64,000 nucleotides of DNA from Candidatus Poribacteria bacterium (GCA_965208325.1 OZ242326.1:1312001-1376000), one strand, 5' to 3'; shown: positions 50,419-61,805, counted from the first letter of the stretch. Program-made: numbers and translations. The notes: a model not told the origin generated them from the letters alone.

Positions 50419-50482
50419 ACAGATTCTTACCGTTTACGATGCTCCGGAGAATCGTGGAAAGATTCAACCTCCACACTTACCA

Positions 50483-50762
50483 AGGCGTGTTGACATTTGT
50501 GTAAAGCTGCCTGTAATCGTAGGGGATGAACCGATTGAATAGCGAGGGCGATAGTGTTTATCAGGCCACCTCGCCCATTGACCAACGCGGGCAGGGAACT
50601 TCCAACCATACAGGTTGAGTCGATTTTGGTCGAACAACCTACAGCAGTCCGAAATCGTATCTGATTGTGAAAAAAGGGTTGGGGAACCCAACCCGTACGA
50701 AGGGTCATGTGTCTGCGCACCGTTCTTGATTGTCCGGTTGCGATGAAATGTCAACAGAACCT
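50483..50762. mobile_element. MITE-like element with IS5-like ends carrying REP hairpins
   Basis: TGTTGACATTT (50488-98) / AAATGTCAACA (50746-56) inverted; internal GTAG/GTAC-ended palindromes. Confidence 0.55.
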
Positions 50763-50825
50763 AACGTTTGCCGATAAATCAGCTGGATGTATCTTGCTTA
50801 TCTCCAATCCTCCTCTCAAACCAAA

Positions 50826-50858
50826 GGGGCAGGCTAAAAACCTGCCCCTACTTTTTTG
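50826..50858 (+). terminator. REP-like hairpin followed by a T-run (probable terminator)
   Basis: GGGGCAGG-CTAAAAA-CCTGCCCC-TAC-TTTTTT. Confidence 0.6.
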
Positions 50859-50970
50859 ATTATCACTGATTGACATCTTCAGGCGAAATGGTGTATCATT
50901 TGCCCGTCACCAAGCCGTATTCGATTATGATCACATCATTGAACTTTTTCTTACGGAATGGAATTGAACA

Positions 50971-51531
50971 ATGGGCACGGGCGTTCACGCATCTGATGAG
51001 ACGGACGGCATTAAGTCAAAGGCAAAGTATTGCCTGAAATGCGCAGGTCGGCTTGAGGACAGAATCATAGAAGACAAAGCGCGCCGAGCATGTACGGCAT
51101 GTGATTTTGTATTCTACCAAGACCCGAAGCCTGTCGCGGGCGTCCTTGCGGTGCGAGACGGAAATTTGTTACTGGTACAACGCGGCAATGAACCGAAGCG
51201 CGGCCGGTGGAGTTTTCCGACAGGTTACATTGATGTTGGTGACTCTCCCGAAGAAACGGCAATCCGGGAGGCAAAGGAAGAGGCAAATGTTGACGTACAA
51301 CTCAATAGCTTACTCGGGGTTTATTCCGACAAGCGGCGCACTGTCGTTCTTGTCATCTATACCGGTACGATTGGTGCCGGCAACCCAGCGGCTGGTGCAG
51401 AGGCATTAGACGCGCGGTTATTTGATCTTCAAGATTTGCCGATACTAGCATTCGACCACGACTACGACATATTGACGGATTTGTTTTCAAAAACTCAAGA
51501 GCATAATAGAACAGAAATGGTGACGCGTTAA
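50971..51531 (+). CDS. NUDIX hydrolase with N-terminal Zn ribbon
   Basis: CLKC...CTAC; Nudix box G...GDSPEETAIREAKEE; LAFDH. Confidence 0.92.
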   Translation: MGTGVHASDETDGIKSKAKYCLKCAGRLEDRIIEDKARRACTACDFVFYQDPKPVAGVLAVRDGNLLLVQRGNEPKRGRWSFPTGYIDVGDSPEETAIREAKEEANVDVQLNSLLGVYSDKRRTVVLVIYTGTIGAGNPAAGAEALDARLFDLQDLPILAFDHDYDILTDLFSKTQEHNRTEMVTR

Positions 51532-51628
51532 ATAAACTCTTCGAGAGGCAACAAGAATACGGCGCCATCGCCATTGAATTGAAACACGAGGCGTCCCAAA
51601 TCCCTAATTTCGCGCATAGGGAGGATAC

Positions 51629-52990
51629 ATGGCACATTCAATTCTGGAACGGTATCAGAAGGAATTTTCAAAAGACAGAGAATTAGCGCAACGTGCAAAC
51701 CACACTTTTCCGGACGGTGTTACGCATGACAGCCGGTTTGTAGATCCGTTCCCGGTCTACATCGACCACGCGCAAGGGTCGAAGAAATGGGGAGTTGACG
51801 GAAAGGAATTTATCGATTATTGGGCGGGACACGGCGCGCTATTGTGGGGACACAATCATCCCGACATTGTCGCGGCAGTCACCCAACAGATGCAACGGGG
51901 TACGCATTATGGGGCTAGCCATCTGCTCGAACTGGAGTGGGCGAGTTTAGTGATGGAGTTGATTCCCTCTGCAGAACGTGTTCGATTCGTCAGTTCCGGA
52001 ACAGAGGCGACCCTGATGGCGATTCGACTTGCGCGCACTTTTACCGGCAAGAGCAAGCTGTTGAAATTTGCGGGACATTTCCACGGCTGGCACGATGCCG
52101 TTATATTGGCGGCAAATCCGCCTTTTGAGGCGCGAGTTGCAGGAATTCCGCAAGGCGTCCTTGATACAACGGTGATTTGTCCACCGAATGATATTGACGC
52201 AGTCGAGGACTGTTTGCGAAGTGATTCAGATATCGCTTGTGTCATTCTGGAGCCGACCGGCGGCTCCTTCGGCGCAATTCCAACAGGCGCAGAATTTCTT
52301 CAACAGTTACGCGCGCTGACCCGTGATTACGGTGTGCTGTTAATCTTTGACGAAGTGATTACCGGTTTTCGGGTTGCTCCTGGCGGTGCTCAACAGTGTT
52401 ATAATATCACACCGGATTTGACAACGCTCGCGAAGATTTTAGCTGGCGGTCTGCCCGGCGGTGCGGTTGTTGGAAAGCGGGAGATTATTAATCTTATCTC
52501 AATTAAAGAAGAAAGGATTACAAAGCGCGGCAAGAAAATGCCCCATCCGGGCACCTTTAACGCCAATCCGCTTTCTGCGTCGGCAGGCACCGCCATGCTG
52601 AAAGCCGCTCGGACGGGCGTCCCGCAAAAACAGGTTAACCGCACCGCGGCGACGTTAAGGAGTGGCTTGAACGATGTTATCGACCAGCACCGCCTTGATT
52701 GGGCAGTTTACGGCGAGTTTTCAGAAATCAGGTTTCTCGCCGGACACGGCGTTCGTGAAATGCGTACTGCAGATTTCAAACCTAGCGAGTGGGATTACCG
52801 CACTCTTAAAGAGGGCGGCAATCAAGTATTACTCATGAACCTGCGATGCGGTCTGCTGCTCAACGGGGTTGACATTGCCGAATCGGGAGGCATGACAATG
52901 GTATCCCACACAGAATCAGACATACAAAAAACGTGCACAGCGTTCAATCAGACCGTTGAATGGATGAAGGCAGACGGGCTTTTGGATTAA
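51629..52990 (+). CDS. Class III PLP aminotransferase (glutamate-1-semialdehyde aminomutase-like)
   Basis: SSGTEAT, GHFHGWHD, FDEVITGFR, LAKILAGGLP, GTFNANP. Confidence 0.9.
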   Translation: MAHSILERYQKEFSKDRELAQRANHTFPDGVTHDSRFVDPFPVYIDHAQGSKKWGVDGKEFIDYWAGHGALLWGHNHPDIVAAVTQQMQRGTHYGASHLLELEWASLVMELIPSAERVRFVSSGTEATLMAIRLARTFTGKSKLLKFAGHFHGWHDAVILAANPPFEARVAGIPQGVLDTTVICPPNDIDAVEDCLRSDSDIACVILEPTGGSFGAIPTGAEFLQQLRALTRDYGVLLIFDEVITGFRVAPGGAQQCYNITPDLTTLAKILAGGLPGGAVVGKREIINLISIKEERITKRGKKMPHPGTFNANPLSASAGTAMLKAARTGVPQKQVNRTAATLRSGLNDVIDQHRLDWAVYGEFSEIRFLAGHGVREMRTADFKPSEWDYRTLKEGGNQVLLMNLRCGLLLNGVDIAESGGMTMVSHTESDIQKTCTAFNQTVEWMKADGLLD

Positions 52991-53067
52991 GATTGCAGAT
53001 ATTGAGGCCTGGCTGCTTATGGAGGTCTCCAATTGCAATTGACCAGTGCAAAAATTAGGAGATTTAG

Positions 53068-54708
53068 ATGAAAGGAATTGATGCAGTTGCAAAAGTATTG
53101 AAAATTGAAGGCGTTGAATATCTGTTCTGTTTTCCGGCGAACACGCTCATCGACGCTTCGGCTAAGATTGGGATTCGACCGATTATGGCGCGTACGGAGC
53201 GAACCCTAATCAACATGGCGGACGGATTTAGCCGCATATCCAACGGCGAACGCATCGGCGTTGCCGTGGTACAGCGAGGGCCGGGAAGCGAAAACGCTTT
53301 CGGCGGGGTAGCGCAAGCGTACTCTGATTCCGTTCCCATTTTGGTGCTTCCCGGCGGACTCAGCCGACGGAGTCTCGGCATTCCCACCAATTTTGAGGCG
53401 GTAAGGAATTATACGGGCGTGACCAAGTGGGTCGCCCAAGTAAATGTTGCGGACCGCATACCGGAAATGATGCGGCGGGCGTTCAGTTTGCTACGAATGG
53501 GACACCCGGGACCTGTGATGCTTGAAACGCTTCAAGATGTAGAGGATGAGGAAATTGACGATGATTTCGCCTACACACCCCCGAAGCCCGTCAAACCCGC
53601 CGGAGATTTACAGGATATTGAAGGAGCGGTCAAAGCGCTACTGGCTGCGGAGCACCCTATGCTGCATGTAGGGCAGGGCGCCCTCTACGCAGACGCGTCG
53701 GAAGAGTTGATGAAATTCGCTGAAATGTTACAGGTGCCGGTGATGACAACGATGGCAGGGAAGAGTGTGTTTCCGGAAAATCATCCCTTGTCAATCGGCG
53801 CGAGCGGCTACAGCGGCACGGGTATGGTCAAGCACTTTTTGAATAAAGCCGATCTCGTATTTGGGATTGGGTGCAGCTTTTCAAAGTCCATTATGGCAAC
53901 ACCGATTCCTAGCGGCAAGGTGCTGGTTCAGAATTCAATCGATGAACTCGACATTAACAAGGATTACGCTGTCGACCACGCCATTCTCGGCGACTCCAGG
54001 ATTGTGTTGAATCAACTTATCGAAGAAGCAAAAAAACAACTGGGAGACGAGGCGCCGCGGGATAGAAAAGAGGTCGTAGATGAGATTAAAACGGTGAAGG
54101 CAAATTGGTTGTCAGAGTGGATGCCGAAGCTAACGTCGGACGAAATTCCAATCAATCCGTATCGCGTCATCTGGGACTTAATGCACGCTGTGGATAGAAC
54201 ACAGTCGATCGCCACGCATGATTCCGGAAATCCACGGGATCAGATGCTCCCCTTTTACGAGACGATTGCCCCGCGCAGCTACATTGGTTGGGGGAAATCC
54301 ACACAGTTGGGATACGGGTTGGGGTTAACAATGGGCGCAAAACTAGCGGCACCAGAAAAACTTGCCCTCAATGTCATGGGCGATGCGGCGTTTGGCATGG
54401 CCGGGCTGGATTTTGAAACTGCGGCACGAGAACGCATTCCTGTCCTTACAATTCTCCTCAACAACTCTGCACTCGGCGGCTATGAGAAACACATGCCGGT
54501 GGCGACAGAACGCTACGGCACGAAATTCCTCACCGGGGACTATGCGAAGGTGGCGGAAGGCTTAGGCGGCTATAGTGAAAAGGTAGAAAGCCCAGCCGAA
54601 ATAATCCCGGCTATCCATCGCTGCCAGAAAGCGCTGGAAGATGGCAAACCCGCCCTACTCGAAATAATTACGTGTGAAGAAGGCATCGTGTTTTCGAGAG
54701 GTTTTTGA
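53068..54708 (+). CDS. Thiamine-diphosphate-dependent enzyme (acetolactate-synthase-like fold)
   Basis: GPGSEN, PGPV, ThDP motif GDAAFG...LNN. Confidence 0.9.
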   Translation: MKGIDAVAKVLKIEGVEYLFCFPANTLIDASAKIGIRPIMARTERTLINMADGFSRISNGERIGVAVVQRGPGSENAFGGVAQAYSDSVPILVLPGGLSRRSLGIPTNFEAVRNYTGVTKWVAQVNVADRIPEMMRRAFSLLRMGHPGPVMLETLQDVEDEEIDDDFAYTPPKPVKPAGDLQDIEGAVKALLAAEHPMLHVGQGALYADASEELMKFAEMLQVPVMTTMAGKSVFPENHPLSIGASGYSGTGMVKHFLNKADLVFGIGCSFSKSIMATPIPSGKVLVQNSIDELDINKDYAVDHAILGDSRIVLNQLIEEAKKQLGDEAPRDRKEVVDEIKTVKANWLSEWMPKLTSDEIPINPYRVIWDLMHAVDRTQSIATHDSGNPRDQMLPFYETIAPRSYIGWGKSTQLGYGLGLTMGAKLAAPEKLALNVMGDAAFGMAGLDFETAARERIPVLTILLNNSALGGYEKHMPVATERYGTKFLTGDYAKVAEGLGGYSEKVESPAEIIPAIHRCQKALEDGKPALLEIITCEEGIVFSRGF

Positions 54709-54801
54709 AGCCCAGTGGCGGAAACAGGTCTTGCGCTCAAACCCCAAAAAAAACCGGATTAGGGTTATTAGTCTTTGGTTGACTCACAGCCTGAACCGAC
54801 T

Positions 54802-55527
54802 ATGTTGACATCCCAAACCCCTCCCGAGGCGAGTCCGCCATCAGCACTCGTGCGCCTAGATTGCTTGAGCAAAGTTTACAAAGAAGGCAACCTGCGCCGA
54901 ACAGTTATAGATGAGTTGAGCGGCGCATTATACGAAGGCGAGTTTGTCTGCCTTTTGGGGAAATCAGGCAGTGGGAAAAGCACGTTACTAAACCTTATCT
55001 CCGGAATTGATACCCCCAGCAGCGGACATGTATTCATACGGCATGGCAATCGTGAAATCGCCATCACCGGACTGACCGAATACCAGCGAACCCGCTTCCG
55101 ACGTTGCCACATCGGCATTGTTTTCCAGTTTTTTAACCTCATTCCAACGCTCACCACGTTTGAAAATGTAAAATTACCGCTAGAACTTGCCGGCCTAACC
55201 GCACGCAACGCACTCGCCCGTGCGCGCGCTCTGCTTAAGCAAGTTGGGTTAGGGGACCGCCTCAATACCTATCCAGACAAGCTGAGCGGCGGGGAACAAC
55301 AGCGGGTAGCGATTGCGCGTGCTCTCATTCATAATCCTCTGCTGCTGCTAGCCGATGAACCGACGGGGAATCTAGACGCAGAATCCAGCGAAACCGTTCT
55401 ATCTCTATTGCTTGAGATGAGTGTCAAAGCAAATAAGATGTTGTTGATTGCCACGCATGCGCCTGAAATAGCGCAGCGCGCAGACCGGGTTTTACATATT
55501 CAAAACGGAAAGCTCGTGGGCGATTAA
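54802..55527 (+). CDS. ABC transporter ATP-binding protein (LolD type)
   Basis: [30 protein letters not shown]. Confidence 0.93.
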   Translation: MLTSQTPPEASPPSALVRLDCLSKVYKEGNLRRTVIDELSGALYEGEFVCLLGKSGSGKSTLLNLISGIDTPSSGHVFIRHGNREIAITGLTEYQRTRFRRCHIGIVFQFFNLIPTLTTFENVKLPLELAGLTARNALARARALLKQVGLGDRLNTYPDKLSGGEQQRVAIARALIHNPLLLLADEPTGNLDAESSETVLSLLLEMSVKANKMLLIATHAPEIAQRADRVLHIQNGKLVGD

Positions 55528-55604
55528 AATTGGAGAACACCCCACCCAAATCTTTGAAGCACGAACTCTTCCTCGGCGTAAGGCGGAATAGATAAGAAAC
55601 TTGG

Positions 55605-55737
55605 TAGGTTCTGTTGACATTTGGAAAATTGAATCAATCTTTGCGCCGCGTGTTTTTGGGCAGACACAGGACCTGCCCCTACATAATCCTTGTAGGGACA
55701 ACCCTTGTGGTTGCTCTTTTAAGTCAGACACATCCTC
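55605..55737. repeat. IS5-like end plus tail-to-tail REP doublet between ABC ATPase and permease
   Basis: TAGGTTCTGTTGACATTT (55605-22) is the exact reverse complement of 50746-50763; GGGCAGACACAGGACCTGCCCCTAC and GTAGGGACAACCCTTGTGGTTG. Confidence 0.6.
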
Positions 55738-55861
55738 CGATTTGGGTTTTTGGCGAATCAAACGGTCGTATGTTGCATTAGCGACACCAATATGATAATA
55801 CGCCCTAATTACTGCAAAAGGGAAAGGGACAGCATACATCGCAATTTCCACAAGTTGACTG

Positions 55862-58594
55862 ATGGAAATCGACAGAAAAAGACGCCGTATTGGAATCGTT
55901 GACACGTTGTTCCACTTGGCACTGGGACACGCTTGGCGGCGCCCTCTCCAGAGTGCTTTTCTCATCATCGGAGTTGCATTGGGGGTAGGGATAATTGTTG
56001 CAATGGATCTCGCCAACAATGCGGCGAATCGCGCTTTCACCCTGAGCACGGAAGCTGTAGCCGGTAAAGCCACTCATCGGATAGTCGGCGGGCCTAACGG
56101 TCTGAACGAGGAGGTTTATGTTGGGCTGCGGCGCCAGTTGGGCTATCGGCTTAGTGCACCGGCCGTAACAGCATACGTCACAGTCGACGAATTGGATGCG
56201 CAACCGATGCAACTGTTTGGGGTGGACAGTTTTGCCGAATCTCCATTTCGAAGTTATCTGGTCGATGAGCATATCGGTTTTGGAGACACTGAAACGCTCA
56301 AGGCTTTTGTGACTCAACCGCGAACGGTTTTGATGAGCGCGGAAACCGCTCTCCGATACAATTTGGTAAAAGGGGACAAACTCCATGTGCAAGTTGGCAG
56401 CCGGAATGCTGCGGTGGAGATTATCGGTCTGCTACGTCCAGCGGAGGAACGAAGTCGGCGTGCCCTGGACGGCCTGCTAATTGCGGACATTGCGACTGCG
56501 CAAGAAGTTTTGGGCAAGATTGGCATGCTGGATCGAATTGACCTAATTGTCCCTGACGGCGATGCAGGCGCAGCAATTCTCAAAAAAATCGCCGCAATCC
56601 TCCCGCCCGGCGCCCGTATTGAGAGACCCGATGCACGCAGCGAGTCGGTCTCGGAAATGACCTCCGCATTCCAACTAAATCTCACCGCTCTCAGTCTACT
56701 GGCGTTGCTGGTTGGCGTATTCCTGATTTATAATACCGTCGCCATCAGTGTCGTCCAGCGCCGCCCTGTTTTGGGCAGTCTGCGTGCTTTGGGCATGACT
56801 CGAGGCGAGATTTTCACGATTGTTCTGATTGAGGCGGGTGTGCTTAGCATTATTGGAACTTTAATAGGCATCGGATTAGGGATACTCTTGAGCCGCGGCG
56901 CCGTGCAACTGGTTACACAGACGCTCAACGACATCTTTTTTGTAGTCACTGTACGTCAGATTGATGTCCCGCTGCACACGCTGGTCAAAGGTGTTGTGAG
57001 CGGTATTGGCGCGGCATTAACAGCGGCGATGCTGCCAGCTTACGAGGCGTCCCGTGTACCCCCCGCTGGAGCTATACGCCGCAGCAACATTGAAGAACGG
57101 ACTTCCGCCGTTTTGCCTTGGGTCTGCGGGGCAGGGGTAGGCGTGCTACTGTTGGGCGTGTTTCTGCTCATTCCAGAATGGGATTTGAGTGTTACGCTTG
57201 CCGGCGTATTTGCCGTAATTATCGGCATCGCACTACTTGCACCGATAATGACCTTAGGGCTGATGCGTGTCATCGAATTCGTTAACCGTGCGATAGTTTC
57301 AATTCGACTTCCCGACACAACGAAAACCACAACGCCTCGCATTGCCTTACCGGATACCAATTGCGGTGAAGGCGATTTACCCAAGCCGAACCCCAATACA
57401 CAACCCATCAATTTCGAGTCCTTGAAGGAATCGCGTTTTGCGTTTCATGCCCTGGTGCGTATGGCGACCCGAAACATTAAACGTTCGCTAAGCCGCACCT
57501 CAGTCGCCATTGGCGCGTTGATGGTCGCGGTCAGCACGATAATTGGCGTAAGCGTGATGATTAGCAGTTTCCGCTTGACAGTAGATCGGTGGCTGACAGA
57601 TTTGCTGCAGGCAGATATTTTTGTTTCTCCGCCGGCGTTAGGCCGTACGGCAGCGCCGCTTGATCCCGCGGCGGCAAAGAAGTTGGCATCGTTCCCCGGT
57701 GTGGCTCAATTTGCAACGAGCCGCGTTGTGGACGTACACACGAGTGAATATGGCGTAATCCAACTGGTTGCAGTTAATATGGACATTGCCGGCGCCAAAC
57801 GACACTACAAAACCGCTATGGGGAATCATGAGGCTACATGGCATGCGCTGGAAGGCGGAGGACTTATTGTGAACGAGCCGATGGCGAATCGGTTTGATTT
57901 GGGTGTGGGCGATAAAATTACATTGTTCACGGATTACGGCGAACAGCGATTCCCAATTGTGGCTGTAGACTTTGATTTTGATGTTCAACACCGGGTGTTA
58001 ATGTACGATTCCATCTACCGCAAATTTTGGACGGATACCCACCTATCCTCTGTAGCGCTCTTTGTTGAACCCGATGTCGAAATTGATGCCAAGATTGATG
58101 CTTTGAGAAAGACGTTTTCCGGCAGCCTTAACTTGACGATTCAATCTAACCGCCGGCTTCGAGAAAACAGCCTTGCAATTTTCGATCGAGCATTCAGCAC
58201 AACGGCAGCATTGCAAATGCTTGCCACGGTGGTGGCATTTATTGGTGTTCTCAGCACGTTGATGAGTCTGCAACTTGAGCGCAGCCGAGAAATCGGCACA
58301 TTGCGAGCCATCGGCATGACACGGCAACAACTGTGGAAATTGACCTTTTTCGAAACAGGACTGATCGGAGGCAGTGCGGGGCTGATTGCTATACCGACGG
58401 GGATTCTTTTGAGCGTGATTCTTATCTATGTTATCAACCTCCGTTCGTTTGGCTGGACGCTTCAGATGCAACTTCAGGCGGTACAATTCATACAGGCGTT
58501 CGCGGTTGCGGTAGCTGCCGCGCTGTTGGCAGGCATTTACCCGGCGTGGCGATTAGGAAGAACGCCGCCTGCTGATGCGTTACGTATGGAGTAA
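55862..58594 (+). CDS. FtsX/MacB-like ABC permease (duplicated architecture)
   Basis: Two MacB periplasmic + FtsX halves; RR..LG.LRALG and [16 protein letters not shown]. Confidence 0.92.
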   Translation: MEIDRKRRRIGIVDTLFHLALGHAWRRPLQSAFLIIGVALGVGIIVAMDLANNAANRAFTLSTEAVAGKATHRIVGGPNGLNEEVYVGLRRQLGYRLSAPAVTAYVTVDELDAQPMQLFGVDSFAESPFRSYLVDEHIGFGDTETLKAFVTQPRTVLMSAETALRYNLVKGDKLHVQVGSRNAAVEIIGLLRPAEERSRRALDGLLIADIATAQEVLGKIGMLDRIDLIVPDGDAGAAILKKIAAILPPGARIERPDARSESVSEMTSAFQLNLTALSLLALLVGVFLIYNTVAISVVQRRPVLGSLRALGMTRGEIFTIVLIEAGVLSIIGTLIGIGLGILLSRGAVQLVTQTLNDIFFVVTVRQIDVPLHTLVKGVVSGIGAALTAAMLPAYEASRVPPAGAIRRSNIEERTSAVLPWVCGAGVGVLLLGVFLLIPEWDLSVTLAGVFAVIIGIALLAPIMTLGLMRVIEFVNRAIVSIRLPDTTKTTTPRIALPDTNCGEGDLPKPNPNTQPINFESLKESRFAFHALVRMATRNIKRSLSRTSVAIGALMVAVSTIIGVSVMISSFRLTVDRWLTDLLQADIFVSPPALGRTAAPLDPAAAKKLASFPGVAQFATSRVVDVHTSEYGVIQLVAVNMDIAGAKRHYKTAMGNHEATWHALEGGGLIVNEPMANRFDLGVGDKITLFTDYGEQRFPIVAVDFDFDVQHRVLMYDSIYRKFWTDTHLSSVALFVEPDVEIDAKIDALRKTFSGSLNLTIQSNRRLRENSLAIFDRAFSTTAALQMLATVVAFIGVLSTLMSLQLERSREIGTLRAIGMTRQQLWKLTFFETGLIGGSAGLIAIPTGILLSVILIYVINLRSFGWTLQMQLQAVQFIQAFAVAVAAALLAGIYPAWRLGRTPPADALRME

Positions 58595-58720
58595 TAACGC
58601 CAAATGCCCGTGTCCGAACCGCATGATGTCTAGCAAAAGTTAAGGCGCCATAAACGAACCGAAGGCAGCAACAGTCTAATCTTTGCAGAACACCGCTATT
58701 TATGCAACTTCGATGATTGC

Positions 58721-58750
58721 TTGACACCGTTAGAAAAAACGTGATAAAAT
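58721..58750 (+). promoter_or_regulatory. Sigma70-type promoter for the TPR gene
   Basis: TTGACA-N18-TAAAAT with a TG extended -10. Confidence 0.5.
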
Positions 58751-58817
58751 TCGTTGATTTTCATGCACATAATTTTATAGACAATAACAATCTCGCTTCA
58801 GTGTAGGAGTGAATACC

Positions 58818-60059
58818 ATGAAAAAATTCGTTATTCTCGAAATCGTCGTCATCATCACTTTTGTGATTGGAGTTTTCGTCGGGTATCTGTGGTTCAAACC
58901 GGACGAAAGTTATCAAAATTACTATAAACGAGCCGACGCGGCATGGACAGAAGCTGAGAAATTGAATACGCCGCCCGTTACACTGGACGACCCTGATGTG
59001 GACCGTATCCGGCAGGTCAGAGCCGCATATCGGACCGTTTTTGATGATTACCCTGATAGCCGTTGGGCGGATGATGCGATGTACCACATGGCAGCGGAGA
59101 TTGCACGAACTGATGAAGAGGCATTTGTTCTCTACCGGCGTCTCATTAACGACTATTCGCACAGCGAATGGGCAGATGACTCGTTATACCTAATCGCCAT
59201 GGGCTCGTATCGAACTGCGGAGAGCATTCGAACGGGAGGTAAGTCAGGTTCTGCAGACCTGCATTATGAACGCGCTTACGCGCTATTCTCTCAACTGATT
59301 CGAGATTATCCCGGCAGCACGCTTGTCGATGAATCCCGTCTGAATTTAGAATTGTGCCATTACGGAAAAGGCAACTTAGAGCTTGCACTCGAAGGGCTCC
59401 AAAGAATAATAGAGGACTTTAGAGATAATTACGATCTCTACATCAGGATTGAATATCGGATTGGGCACATATACACTGAAAAGCAAGATTACGACAAAGC
59501 CCGAAAATATTTCGAAAGAGTCGTGCTGTCCGCGCATACGGAATTGGCGCCGCTTGCGAAGTTTGGCATCGCTCAGACACAGTTTGCGGAAAAGAGGTTT
59601 GAGGACGCAATCAAGACATATCAGGATGTCATTGACTCCTACCCCGAATCAGATTCTGCGGAAGACGCCCATTTTTACATTGGTTGGGCTTTTGACAAGT
59701 TGGAAAAGTATGACGAAGCCATTATCCAGCTTGAGACCGCGATCGAGAAATATCCGCACAACGAGGCTACCCAGAACAACCAATTTTATGTGGCTCAGAT
59801 TTATTTCAAGAAGAATGATGCGGATGGGGCAATTCAGGCTTACCGGAAGGTTGCGGACAACTCTACTTTTGATTACGATGCGAGACGATCTGCACAATAT
59901 TGGATTGGTTGGATTTATGAAGAGACGGACGATGTGAATCAAGCTGTGGCGGAATATAAAAAACTGTTAAAGAACTTCTTAGAACCCCACCGCGTTGCAC
60001 GTCACCCATCGAATAACATCAGTGAGAACTACATTAAAGACCTGGAATCACGCGAGTAG
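58818..60059 (+). CDS. Membrane-anchored TPR protein (BamD/CpoB-like repeats)
   Basis: N-terminal TM helix; repeated YPxS..A.DA.Y/F TPR units. Confidence 0.88.
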   Translation: MKKFVILEIVVIITFVIGVFVGYLWFKPDESYQNYYKRADAAWTEAEKLNTPPVTLDDPDVDRIRQVRAAYRTVFDDYPDSRWADDAMYHMAAEIARTDEEAFVLYRRLINDYSHSEWADDSLYLIAMGSYRTAESIRTGGKSGSADLHYERAYALFSQLIRDYPGSTLVDESRLNLELCHYGKGNLELALEGLQRIIEDFRDNYDLYIRIEYRIGHIYTEKQDYDKARKYFERVVLSAHTELAPLAKFGIAQTQFAEKRFEDAIKTYQDVIDSYPESDSAEDAHFYIGWAFDKLEKYDEAIIQLETAIEKYPHNEATQNNQFYVAQIYFKKNDADGAIQAYRKVADNSTFDYDARRSAQYWIGWIYEETDDVNQAVAEYKKLLKNFLEPHRVARHPSNNISENYIKDLESRE

Positions 60060-60218
60060 TTGAATTCAAATACCTAGATACATCTTGACCTAGAATTGGA
60101 AAACTGATAAGATTGAAAACCGGTAGCGGATATAGTCAATGGAGACCACCTGAATTCATTGATTACCGACCGTGATGTCACTAGAAGCGAGCATACGAAA
60201 ACAGCTAAAGGGGGCGCT

Positions 60219-61805
60219 ATGCGAAAACTCCGAATCGGGATTATCGACCTTGTGACTAAAGGTCCGACGAAAGCATTGTGGGGGCGCGTAATGCACGCCA
60301 ATTTTGCCAGCATTATGCCGCAAGTCATCGGCGCATGGTGCGAAGAGGAAGGGCACGATGTCACACTTGTGTGCTATACCGGTTTTGAGAACTTAACGGA
60401 GGAGTTGCCGCAGGACGTTGATTTAGTCTTTATCGGCGCGTTCTCACAGGCTGGACAATTGGCGTATGCGTTAAGCAACCTGTTTCGGTCAAAAGGCGCT
60501 GTCACTGTACTCGGAGGGCCGCATGCTCGTTGCTACCCACAGGATGCACAAAAGTACTTCGACTACGTCCTCGGTTTCACGGATAAAGCACTGATACATG
60601 ATGTCCTGCGGGACTGTTCGCAACACCGACCTGTCGGCGTGCACATCGCAGCCAAGCAGCAGCCTAGAACGCTGCCGGGCGTCCGCGAACGATGGAAGTT
60701 TATCGAACAGACGCTGCACAAAGCCCCGCTCATCAAGATTGTACCTATGATTGGCAGCCTCGGTTGTCCCTACACCTGTAGTTTCTGCATTGATTCGGTC
60801 GTACCGTATCAGCAATTGAGTTTTGATGTCATCAAGGATGATTTGCGGTTCCTGATGCGGAAGTTTAGGCGGCCGCGCGTCGGTTGGCACGATCCTAACT
60901 TTGGCGTGCGGTTCAACGATTATATGGATGCCATAGAGGAAGCGGTGCCGCCCGACAGCATTGATTTCATCGCGGAGAGCAGTCTCGCTCTCTTGTCAGA
61001 GCCGCATTTGAAGCGGCTCAAATACAATGGATTCAAAGCTATCTTGCCCGGAATTGAGTCGTGGTACGATATGGGAAATAAGTCGAAGACCGGCAAAACG
61101 AAAGGCATTGACAAAGTCCGGCAGGTCTCGGATCATATAAATACCATGTTACGGTATATCCCTTACGTGCAAACGAACTTCGTGTTTGGCCTTGACGTTG
61201 ACGAAGGCGCGGAACCCTTTGAACTCACAAAGCGATTTTTAGATATGACGCCGGGCGCATTTCCCGCCTATTCGCTGATTTCGTCGTTTGGACAAGCTGC
61301 TCCGCTCAATCTCGAATACCAGCGCTCCGATCGTGTACTCCCGTTCCCATTTCACTTCTTGAACAATAACCACGCGATGAACGTCAAGCCGAAGCACTAT
61401 GTTTGGCCGGAATTTTATGATCAGGTGGTCAATGTGAGCAAGCATTCGTTTTCACGCCATGCAATAATCAACCGATATCGTGTGATTAAGGATACTATCC
61501 CGCGATGGCTGAACGTTGTCAGGGCTGTGTCTTCAGAAGGATTTGGCCGAATTAAGTATTTTACCGAGGTGCGCCAACGGCTAGACACAGATAAGCAGTT
61601 TCGATCCTATTTCGAAGGCGAGACTACCGAACTTCCACAATTCTATGTCGATCGCGTGCGCAGAGACCTTGGATCACTGTGGGAATGGCTTCCGGACGGA
61701 GGACTGCATCATGACCCCAACGCTTATCTCAAATCGGAGGATATTGCGGTTCAAACACCTTCTAAGGTCAGAGATGCAATTCAAGCACGCGCAACCGCTT
61801 CCTAG
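60219..61805 (+). CDS. Radical SAM protein with cobalamin-binding-like N-terminal domain
   Basis: VLGGPHA; CPYTCSFC (CxxxCxxC); PGIES; FVFGLD. Confidence 0.88.
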   Translation: MRKLRIGIIDLVTKGPTKALWGRVMHANFASIMPQVIGAWCEEEGHDVTLVCYTGFENLTEELPQDVDLVFIGAFSQAGQLAYALSNLFRSKGAVTVLGGPHARCYPQDAQKYFDYVLGFTDKALIHDVLRDCSQHRPVGVHIAAKQQPRTLPGVRERWKFIEQTLHKAPLIKIVPMIGSLGCPYTCSFCIDSVVPYQQLSFDVIKDDLRFLMRKFRRPRVGWHDPNFGVRFNDYMDAIEEAVPPDSIDFIAESSLALLSEPHLKRLKYNGFKAILPGIESWYDMGNKSKTGKTKGIDKVRQVSDHINTMLRYIPYVQTNFVFGLDVDEGAEPFELTKRFLDMTPGAFPAYSLISSFGQAAPLNLEYQRSDRVLPFPFHFLNNNHAMNVKPKHYVWPEFYDQVVNVSKHSFSRHAIINRYRVIKDTIPRWLNVVRAVSSEGFGRIKYFTEVRQRLDTDKQFRSYFEGETTELPQFYVDRVRRDLGSLWEWLPDGGLHHDPNAYLKSEDIAVQTPSKVRDAIQARATAS

